64,000 bases of DNA. It comes from Sarea resinae. Lineage: Eukaryota. The stretch spans positions 124,001-188,000 of the forward strand of contig JAPEUD010000049.1 of NCBI GenBank assembly GCA_026026165.1, in the 5' to 3' direction. Both the position numbers and the translations under genes were made by a program. Of the stretch, positions 54,300-64,000 are shown piece after piece (position 1 is the stretch's first letter; every line of letters begins with the position of its first letter). Under the pieces are notes generated by a model. It worked only from the letters and a program-made list of their open reading frames with translations. It ran no database searches and was not told the DNA's origin.

Positions 54300-54970
54300 A
54301 GGAAAAGGTCAACGTGAATAACTCACTGAATATAGCTCTATATAGCTTTAGAATCTAATCACTTATGAAAAATATATAAGAGTACAACCTATACTAGTTT
54401 GTTTGATTTCCTAGGACCTAGTTTAAGATATCTTATGCTTTAAAGTGAAATCTAAAAATAGCATATTTTGCCCTTTAAGCGCCTTCTTGACACTGACTTT
54501 TGTTAAGCTACTACAATTTTACTAGTAGTTAAGGTACGTACCTTTTCAGGCCCTTATCTTTAAACTCTGCTCCTATATACATACTAATTTAGATTTATTG
54601 TGAGGACTGCAAACAGGCAAATCAGTACCCAGCTGAGTCAAAAAGACTACTATAACTAGCCCCTAGGCTAGTTATACCTATTTACCTACTATATAGCAGC
54701 AGTTGTCACCTAACGTAGGGAACTGCACTGTCGGCACGTTCCGCGGCACTTACTACCAGTACGTAGCTACGTACTCTGGTGGCCCCCTCAGGTACGTTGC
54801 GCAAGTACCTCTGTACCTCAAGTACCTCTGTACCTGCGCTCCTGACATTTATCTAGAAATCTAATCACTTATAGAGAAGAAGTAGAGCTTTAATATTAGC
54901 TAAAATCATTTATATAAAGTGTTGTAGTTAAAGAGATCTTATGCTTTAAAGTCAAAAATTATTGCTTCTA
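54300..54970. repeat. AT/TpA-rich, probably RIP-mutated repeat relic with two ~100-bp colinear direct repeats and internal palindromes
   Basis: Abrupt AT and TpA enrichment. Copies 54352-54450 and 54858-54956 share AATCTAATCACTTAT and TAGTT.AAGA.ATCTTATGCTTTAAAGT.AAA. Confidence 0.6.
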
Positions 54971-55815
54971 ACACATATTCTGCGTGGCACTCACAAAGTC
55001 AGGCAAAAGTGCCTCAGACCTCTGGCTGGTCAATTGCCTAATTAGGCAATAGTGGTCCGTGCGGACCACCGACCAAGCGAGGTCTGAGCATGCTGAGGTA
55101 AGATCTCCAGTGGGATCGCATCCGTGATTCGTCATGCATCCGCAGTGCGGCCGAGGGCGCTTTCTCGCATGCCCAGACCCTGTCAACCCTGGCTTGGCTG
55201 CTCAAACGCTCATACGACAGGAGTACTTTAGTGCAGCCTGTGCTAGGAGTAATAGTACGGAGTACTCCAGCTGTGCAGCACTCTACTCCGTATGCACTGG
55301 ATTAGTCGCATTTCATTACTATTTATTACTTTCTCACCTACGGCAATTGTGCGCTACTACTTCCCTTTCCGTGCTATTGAAGGACTAGGACTACGCTGCG
55401 CTCGCTCAGCCTACCTGGCTTACCTGGCATATCTCATGCCCAAATTCTCCTCTCCCGTCATTTTCACATTCATTTACAGCTGAGGACAGTCTCTGCGGCC
55501 CAAATTTAATAAACGTTATTGCCTCGTTCTACTTGTGGTCTGGTCTTACCTAGGTGGATCTGCGCTCGCTCGGACCAAGACGTCAGGCATCACGTTCCGC
55601 CAGCTCCCTCGAAGTTTGCCTGCGAAAGACGTTCTGAAATCAGCCTATTCTGTATACTATCAGACTCGAATACCCACCAGTCGCTTCCGCCTAGGTATAT
55701 ATGAACATCAGCATTCTGGCTGGACCATGAATGCTTGATACTTGCGAGAGGAGAGGGTCACGACAAAACGTCCAATCTTATCGTGGCATGGAAGGCAAGG
55801 GTGTGTCCCACTGAA

Positions 55816-58800
55816 ATGGCCTCGAGCACTTCTGTATTAGGCCATGCTGTGGATATATCGGGGTCAGCTCGTGATCGAGGCCCGCGTTCTTTGAGAAATG
55901 AACAGAATGAACTGCCGCGCTCTGCAAGCTACACTTATCTTCCGCTTGATCCAGAGTCCAATTCGGATGATCCAACGAACTTTCCAGTCAAGCGCACCTT
56001 CTCCGAAAACGTTGTTCCGTCACCGAATGGCGAGGAAGAAGGCGTCGTTTCGTCGAAAAAGACATCAAAAAAGAAATCCAGGCGCGGCATCTCGCCCTTC
56101 GGCAGACGGAAATCATCTCAGGCTGATGCCCAATCGAAGATAACCATATCTAAGTTCGCCCGGTCTTCTGGATGCCCCGACGGAGACACTTCCTATGAGT
56201 CCAAAACAACGGGGAAGGGGCAAGGAGTACAGCCCGATCCAAAATCTCACTCCAGGCCAGGATCGCTCTCAAACTTTGCGCGCAAGTCCTGGATCTCAGC
56301 ATCAAGATCGCCCTCCCCAAGTAAAACGGAGGAAGATGGAAATATTGAAGACGACGATCGGTCCACCTTACGCAGCTCAATATCTTCGACGGGTCGACGA
56401 AAATCCTTTTCAATTCGTAACGACTCCCTATCTCCACCAAAGGACGCACCTACCGGAGAAGGTAGAGGTCTCGTGAGAAGAGGTACTGGGCTGATCAGGA
56501 CTTCCAAAAGACCTCTAAGTGCAATCTTGAAAGGCTCTTCCACGGACGCGTACTCGGGAACCCTCCCTGCCGTGCCGTCCATTCCAAAATCCTTCTCAAC
56601 GGATAGGCTTCCTTCGTTTGGCAAGTCTCATCCGTCGTCTGAGAGGCTGCCCCCCGTCCCCAGGTCTCACTCGTCAGAGCGTTTACATGGCTTCGGGCTT
56701 CTTGATAGTCCCCGCAAGAAAGATGAGCTGTGGTCTGCCTTCCGAGGACTCGACGGCGATTTTCAAAAGTAGGCTTCTTATGGACACGTCTGCTAGCATT
56801 CGAAGGATTGAATTAACTAGCAATAGGTTCCAGTCCAAATCGAGTTCCTTGAAAGCTAACGTTGTTCGAATGTCATTGTTACCCTTCCTCAGAAATTTTG
56901 CTCAGCACCCTTCGAACAAGATGCTCCGCCCAGAAGACTTGGACCGGAGAATCATCATTCTCAACAAGTGGTGGACAGGACTTCTTGAACTATTAAACGG
57001 CCGGACCAACCAGTCAATATCAGGAACTGATAGACCTGCTCTTCTAGAGGCAATAGCTGGAATCATGGAGAGACCTGAATGGCGTCTTCCACCATCTTCG
57101 TTCTCTCCATTAAAAGAAAGGTCTGTAAAGAGTTCTACGCAGTCGCGATCATCAACATCGGTTGAATCATCTGCATCGGAGTTCCTTGCAGAATCGGTCT
57201 ACCACAATGTCCGCAATACCTACGTCCAGAATCTTCTTGCTCAAATGACGTTAGTAATAGAGAAGATGTCCCTTAGGAATGCGCCGGCCAGTCTAGTCAC
57301 CTTCTGTGGGAAAGCCTGTGCATACGCATTCTTCTTCTGCCCTGGCGTTGCAGATGTTCTCGTACGACTGTGGAGCACATCGTCGAGCAGCATGCAGCGC
57401 ATCTTGGAAGAGTATGGTATTCCACGAATTTCGGATCTGAAAGCCGTCTCCGAGACCATCGTGCCGGGATTTCCTCCGTGTTTAAGCTCTCTAGGATTTG
57501 TGTCTCTTGCTTCGACAGTCAAAACCCTTCGAAAGGGTTCTCCGCTCCCTTTGGGCGCTTCAAACATTCCTTGGTACGGACCTTGGGTAGCTCGATGGTC
57601 TGGACGTGACAGTGACCTATTTTTTGTTTTCGTGAAACATTTCCATATCCTTCTTGCGGAATTCCTTCCGTCGGACGCGGGAATGGAGGAGAAGATTTGC
57701 GCTCCGGGCTTCATTCTCGTCCTGGCGCAGATGGCAGAGGTCTTAGATTCGACGATTCATCGACGCAATAGTCAGATGCCCCAGGAGCCGTCAGCCGGTC
57801 CATCACCAATAACTTTTGAGGACGTCCTTGCAGAAACTGACGTCTCGGCAACAACTCTTCCCCTTCCTACGTCGAATGCTACTAGGTCCATGGCCGAAAA
57901 TCGTCTGATAATGCTCTTACGCGAATTACTTTCGGATAGATACGCAGATCTCCAAATGGCGCGCGAGACGTTCGCTGACGCTTTCAACATTGTCCTCAAA
58001 GCTTCGGCTCGTAGGACATCTATTTTTGATCATGGCGCATGTTTCACCCTGTGTGATTTTTTGGAAGAAGCTATTGGAATATTGGAGAGATATGAGCGAT
58101 TTTCACAACCTTCACATCGCGCGATTGATTGGTCATTCTGGTTTGACGTTTTCAGACATATGACGGAAAGTCAGAATATGATGACAGATATACGGCTGTT
58201 TGCATTCCTTTATAGCATATGGGGGTTGATCGCAAGCGATGAAGAACGAAAGCGCGAGCTATGTATCGGATGGCTATTGAGCGGTGAGGTTTTTGAGAAA
58301 TATTTCAACCATTGGTGTCCGATGGTTCGAGCATATTACATGCGATTGCTCTGTTGGCGGTTGGCGAGAGTTGACGGAGAGGGCTCGGCTCTTGACACGT
58401 AGGTATGGCCTATTTCTCTAGTCGGCATCTGCTAACAGAACTTTGAAGTGATATTTTTGTCGTTCTCTCTGGCCGACTCAATTCTATCTGGTCGTACTTC
58501 CTTCATTTAAGGGCCATTTCAGAATCAGATAAGATACTGGCCCCATCAACGGCACCGTGCAATCCAGCCCCGGGGCGCCGTTTCCTTATCATCAGAAATG
58601 ATAGTCAGCTAGCCCCCAGGGGAATGTTCCTCTCCTTTGAAGGTGTTGTTCCTCCGTCGGCCAAAAAACAGCCCAGTGCTTTCGAACAGCATGTTTCTGC
58701 TGATCAAGGTTCTCAGGAGGAGCTTGAAAATGGCTCAAAAGCCATAGCGTTTGGGAACGGGGCAGGGTCCGCTCCTGCTTCGAGTCAGGGAAGAAGACGA

Positions 58801-59340
58801 TGGGGACTCTTACGAAACATCATGCCTTTCAATTCATCCAACGAGCGATCGAATTCGAAGCAGGCCGGGTCTGTATCTCTTCAGTCAGACATTTCCAGCC
58901 AAACATCTGGTTCAGACAACGAAGGAGAGAAATCATCTTCCAATCAAACAGTGACAAAGGCAGTCAGCAAAGGTCTTTCGTCAAGCACAAAGCCTCAGCA
59001 TTATCATCAATTCCGCAACTTTTCATTTCGGTTTTCTCTGGAGTGGATTGAGTCCGCGCCTGGCGCCGGGAAAGAAAGAAGGCTTTACCCACCACGGCTT
59101 CCGATGCCTGCGCAGAACCTTTTGCAATTGACACAAAAGGAACCAGACGAGATCCAACCAGCCCAACCTACTGGTCGGTCGGTCGCTTTCAGCAGATACG
59201 CAGGAAAGGCCCTTGCAGAGTGGGCATTAGTCGTTATAGAATGTCAGAACTTCTTCGAGCGTAGAAAAAGCGAAGGGGTTCCGGAGAACAAATGGGTCGA
59301 GACTCCCTCTCTAGGGGTAGAAAGCGTCCGGAGACATTGA
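55816..59340 (+). CDS. DUF1765-like conserved fungal protein; introns ~56769-56826 and ~58399-58448
   Basis: Three ORFs join in frame. Conserved blocks: DELWSAFR, ILNKWWTGLL, FNHWCPMVRAYYMRLLCWR, YAGKALAEW...EC..FFERR..EGVP...VETP.LGVE. Confidence 0.8.
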
Positions 59341-59918
59341 TTGGTCGATTTGCGCGGACTTCACTTGCATAATTCCTCTGAGCTTCCTTGGTTGAATTGG
59401 CATGTATCACTATTGCGGGGAACTGGGACAATTCTATGCATTGGGAAGGAGTTTTGTTCTCTGCTCGAGAAGCTGGTTTTTAAATTCTTTTTTTTTCCAA
59501 CGCAGCTGCGGTGCATTTCATCCATTTTTATCAACGATAGATATAGTGTGTAGATTGGGCCATAGCATTTAGCCAGCGATGTAATTATCTGGGTCTATAT
59601 GAGCTTCGACATTGCCGAGATTCCAGGTCGATTCCCTTTTCGCCTACAATCATATAGCTTATAGGAGTCCGCACAAAATGTAATGTTTCGGTATATAAGA
59701 CAAGACGCATTTTTTTAGAGTAAGCGCCTGGACTACCAACTTTGGTGTCGTAGTATTACTTACCCATGTCCTTGGAGCCTGGCCTTTCACAACCCAAGCG
59801 GATTCGGATTACGACCAGCGCAAACCCCATCTACCAGAAAACACTCCTCTAACGCCCTGTCCGTCTACTTGATATGCGATCGTCCTCTAAGTCCGACAAA
59901 TGTGCATGATATCAATCA

Positions 59919-61284
59919 ATGCCTGACGCCATGTCGTCGTTCGGTGATGACGAGACGGCCGAAGGAGACGAGGTATCAGAATTTGAGACAGGAGGGGAAA
60001 GTTCAAATCCTCTACAGCAAGCCAATAGGTAAGCCGTTCAACTACAATATCATATATCGGAAGGGCTTTGTTCATCGATTTAAGCCTTTTAAAAGTATTT
60101 GATGCTGCCAAGAAAGCACAACGACCAGCTTACTTTGCGGCACCTATGGTCCGGTGAGTCAAAGCCCGCAGGTGTCGGCGCCTATATACTTATCTTAATA
60201 TCCTTTCTCCTTTTAGGTACAGTAAGCTGCCTTTCAGAGCTCTAGTACGCTCTTACAATGTGGATGTTTGCTATACTCCGATGGTAAGAGCTCTCCGCAT
60301 CCATCACTCGAGGATATCTTACTCTCATGCACTGCGATCCCAGATACTAGCCAAGGAATTTAATCGCAGCGAATTGGCTAGAGATAGCGGTACGTATTTC
60401 ATTCCACTGAATATGTCTTGCTAACCAGTCGTCAGACTTCACCACAAATGCCGAGGACAGGCCACTTGTAGTTCAGTTTGGAGCAAACTCTGGCGAGGAG
60501 CTTTCTCGGGCGGCTGAGTTGGTTCAGCCATATTGTGATGGTATTGACTTGAATTGTGGCTGCCCCCAGAGTTGGGCCTGCCAGGAAGGCTTAGGTGCTC
60601 ACCTCATGGAGGATAAGCGTAAGGTCCACGATATGATTAGGGCTGTGAAGGTCAGATGCGGACAGAGCTTCTCTGTCAGCGTCAAGATTCGAGTTCACGC
60701 TGATCTCAAGTATCCAAATTATTGGCCCATCATGCTGTTAAATAACGCTGATCGTCGTTCAGGCGTACCGTCGAATTCGTAAGGGCAGTTGAGGCGGCTG
60801 GAGTTGATTATATCGGCTGCCACGGTCGGCGTAGAAGCCAAAAAAGCAGTGAGCCGGTCGACCTTGAAGCTATTCGACTAGTAAAGGAGGTTGCTACAGT
60901 CCCTATTGTCGCTAACGGCGATGCCTTCAGTCTGGAGGAGGCGGACTACATCGCCAGCCTGACTGGTGCGAACGGTTCGCAGATCTAATCTCTGCATTGT
61001 GGGGTGCTCGTGCTGATCAAACTTTAGGGGTCATGTCTGCTAGAGGGCTCCTGGAGAATCCTGCGCTTTTCGTTGGCCACGGACAAACACCTTGGGACAC
61101 AATAGAGAGATTTCTAGGTCTTGCTGTTCGGTATCCCTTGCCTTACAGGCTCGCATTACATCACATATCTGAGATGGGAGCCAAGATGCTCTCTCGTCAA
61201 GATAAAGCAGAGATGCTTGATAATCGTGATATGCTTAGCCTTGTTGACTGGCTAGAGTCTAGGTCTAAGATCAAGAGACTATAA
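59919..61284 (+). CDS. DUS4: tRNA-dihydrouridine synthase (Dus4-like); many short exons
   Basis: AAPMVR|YSKLPFR, YTPM|ILAKEF, DRPLVVQFGAN, GIDLNCGCPQSWA, VKIR, HGRRR, PIVANGD and GVMSARGLLENPALF. Confidence 0.9.
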
Positions 61285-61386
61285 CTTAAGTGATGTTTTA
61301 GATTTATAGTGGTTTAAGTAATACTATAACAAGACGTTCTATTTAATTAGAAGAATTTAGAAATCATAGTAAATATTAGAGAGTAG

Positions 61387-61722
61387 TATTAATATAAGGG
61401 CCACTACTAATAAGGGTGCTGTATGCAGCTCGGCGCAGCGCAGGGTAACCACCTGGTGTGGTTCAGCAACGTTTAGGTAAGCTGAGCGAGGTCATTAGTT
61501 ATATAGATCAATAGGGGCGCTAGCTATTAGGGCTAGCGTTCAGTGCAATTACAAAGTCAGTGCCTACTAGCAATATCTATATCTATAGTATTAGTTCTGC
61601 ATCGCTAGAGTGACGCTAGCACGCTGCAAGGCACTAGCCTATTTAATTATGCTATTCCTACCTACTCTACTATAGCTAGAAGTCTAAGAGGCAGTCTAAC
61701 AATTCTAAACGCTCTACTAACA
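61387..61722 (+). repeat. Probable 5' LTR of the Gypsy element (left boundary uncertain)
   Basis: Ends in ...CTAACA about 20 nt before the presumed gag start. Begins TATTA, compatible with a RIP-mutated TGTT(A/G). The 3' LTR is outside the window, so this cannot be confirmed. Confidence 0.45.
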
Positions 61723-64000
61723 CAGTAGTAGACTAGGTAAGATAGCGACAATAAATACATGTAATACTATAAGGGCTCCTAATACTCTGCTAGGTAAGAG
61801 AGCTAATAGAGACAATAGTAAGACAATAGCAAGCTAGGCAAAAGGCAAGGTTAAGGAGCCTGTCTCTAACTAGATCACTAATTAATTGCTAGACTAAATA
61901 CAGCAAGAGTGTGACGCTAAAGAGCGGCAGGCTTAATATCGTTGACTCTAGAGAGAGATAGCCTAGTTCTATACAGAACAGCAACTACAAGCACTTGCAT
62001 AAGTATTGCAGCTAGAACAAGGCCTTGCAGCCACCACGCTAGCACCCTGCATCACTAACTAGACTAAAATCCAAGCTCTAGAGCTATTTACAGGCAAGAC
62101 AATTAAGGAGCATAATGAATTTGTCTAATCCTATAAGATAGCGTTCTAACTAGGTGCTATTGCAGACAAAAGTGATAATGTAGCAAAGGTGCTATATACT
62201 ATGCAGTACCTAAAAGACAAACTAGCGCTAGCGTGGCACTAGGTTAAAGAATCTACTAGAAAAGACACTTATACCTAGGATAAATTTGTCTTATTCCTGC
62301 TAGACTAAGTAGAAGATCTAGTAAATCAAGGTGGTTTAATATCACAGCTATACTATAACGCTACGCAGGCGCTGCACTAGAGCATTAATAGCTTTACAGC
62401 TTTCCTAGAACAGATTGAACTAGAAGTGCTAGGAGGATAAGACATCCCTAAAGAGCAGCAATACAACTTGTTCTATACTAAGATCTAAAGTGAAATTTAC
62501 TAGGAACTGCTCTAAACCCTACTAATACCACGAAAGTAGAGCGCTGCTATAGCGTCAGCAAATTAGGTAGAGGAACTCCTTTGTATAAGCAATAAAAGGA
62601 ATAAGAATAAGAACCCTAATCTATCTAAGCTAGACAATAAGCGACAGCATAGCAATAGCGTAGAGAAGGGAAAGAGTTAGAACAAATAAGGAACTAAACG
62701 AAAGTTTAATCCTACTAAACGCAAGGGCAAAAGCCTACCTCTATAAGAACAAAAAACTTCTGCTTAGCCTAAGGATAATAAAGGCGATAAGTCTATACAG
62801 TGGCCTTAACAGCTCTCTAACAAAGAGTATTGCTGCAGGCAAGAAGGCAACCTTTGCCTAAACTGTAGCTAAGAGAGCTACTTTGCTTCTACTTGTAAGA
62901 ATAAACGCAACGACAGGCCTACGCTAGCTTTATAACTAGAGCTAAAACCCTACACTATTTGCTATCTTAGTGTAGGAGAACCTTAAGGAGCTCTAACCCT
63001 AAAATTAGAGACGTCGCTAACTATTCGCACCTCTAGTAGTACAGCAGATAGCACTACCTTAATTGACTTAGGAGCAGAAGCTTCTCTAGTTTTGCAATTA
63101 TAGATTAAGGAGCATAGGATCCCTAAGGCTAAGCTTAGGCAGCTACCTAGCGCAGTAACAGTGAACAGCTTGCAAGTAGCGATCTACAGCTAACACTAAT
63201 TAGAAATACAAGTCGCTAATAGTAATAGCGTGAGAAAGATAGCGTAGTGCTAGTTCCTTGCCTGCGACTTTAATAGTCCTCTATTCTTACTTAGGTATCT
63301 ATAGCTGTCCTTATACCGCCACGATATGCGTTAGTTAGAAGGTAAATTTAGCTACGTTAAGCCTGTAGATAAGCCTAGGCTTAGCAAGGAACATTAGAAG
63401 AAACGTCAGCTAAACTGCTAAGGGATTATAGTAGTGCCTAAACCTATAGAGGCAGTGAAGCTTCGCTAGGTCAGCGCTAGTAACAAGATACCTAAACAGT
63501 ATAAGGAATTTGCTTCTGTCTTTAGCAAAGAGAAAGCTAGCTAGCTTCCTAAGCATAGCCTAGCCGACTATACTATTAAGTTAGAGAGTAAAGACTCTCT
63601 CTATAGTCCTATATATCTATTATCCTAGAAAGAATTAGGTATCCTACAGACCTACCTAGACAACAGCTTAGTAAAGAGGTAGATCACTCTCTCTATAAGC
63701 CCTATTAGTGCGCTAATCTTGTTTGTGCCTAAGAAGGATAGTAGCTTACGACTTTGCGTTGACTACTAGGCGTTAAACAAGGTCACTATTAAGAATCAAT
63801 ACCTATTACCCCTTATTTCTAAGCTTATAGACTGAATAAGCAGTGCTAAAGTTTTTTCAAAACTAGACCTAAGAGATGCTTACTACTGCATAAGGATCTG
63901 CAAAGGCGACAAGTATAAGACAGCGTTCTGCACTTGTTATAGCTAGTTTAAATATAAGGTTATGCTCTTTAGATTAGCTAATGCACCTGCTACATTTTAG
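61387..64000 (+). mobile_element. RIP-inactivated Ty3/Gypsy LTR retrotransposon (gag, zinc knuckle, protease, start of RT), truncated by the window edge
   Basis: Degenerate knuckle CLNCS*ESYFASTC (~62855-62896); protease LIDLGAEAS (~63059); RT [28 protein letters not shown]...FSKLDLRDAYY...YKTAF...MLFRLANAPATF. Many TAA/TAG stops, TpA excess and CpA/TpG depletion. Confidence 0.95.

Noticed and set aside
54352..54956. CRISPR-like repeat-spacer array
   Set aside because: Eukaryotic context, only two units about 500 bp apart, the two flanking boxes differ from each other, and there are no cas genes.

Overview
This is nuclear DNA from a filamentous ascomycete (Pezizomycotina): introns are short GT-AG with CTRAC/CTRAY branch points and there is a clear RIP signature. 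About 20 intron-containing genes can be reconstructed, mostly housekeeping: TFIIIC Tfc6-like, galactokinase, acetolactate synthase, a sulfite-oxidase-family molybdoenzyme, an SDR, PAQR/Izh, a PCI-like protein, a membrane protein, Ran1-family kinase, Prp4 kinase, Tma7, Dap1, M28 glutamate carboxypeptidase, TFIIB, ATP synthase subunit h, a DUF1765-like protein and Dus4. The window ends in a RIP-destroyed Ty3/Gypsy LTR retrotransposon. I found no tRNA, rRNA, CRISPR array, secondary-metabolite cluster or convincing new multi-gene system. The best leads are: a cleanly splicing orphan gene with nested internal repeats; an SDR with a perfect PTS2; a ~960-nt ATG-free leader within a gene desert around the Ran1 kinase; an unexplained AT-rich element at 54.3-55.0 kb with identically spaced direct repeats and palindromes; a retroelement whose Gag, protease and RT share one frame ~100 bp from DUS4; and GC and microsatellite hot zones at gene 3' ends. 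Exon boundaries were read by eye, and product calls rest on motif recognition, not database searches.
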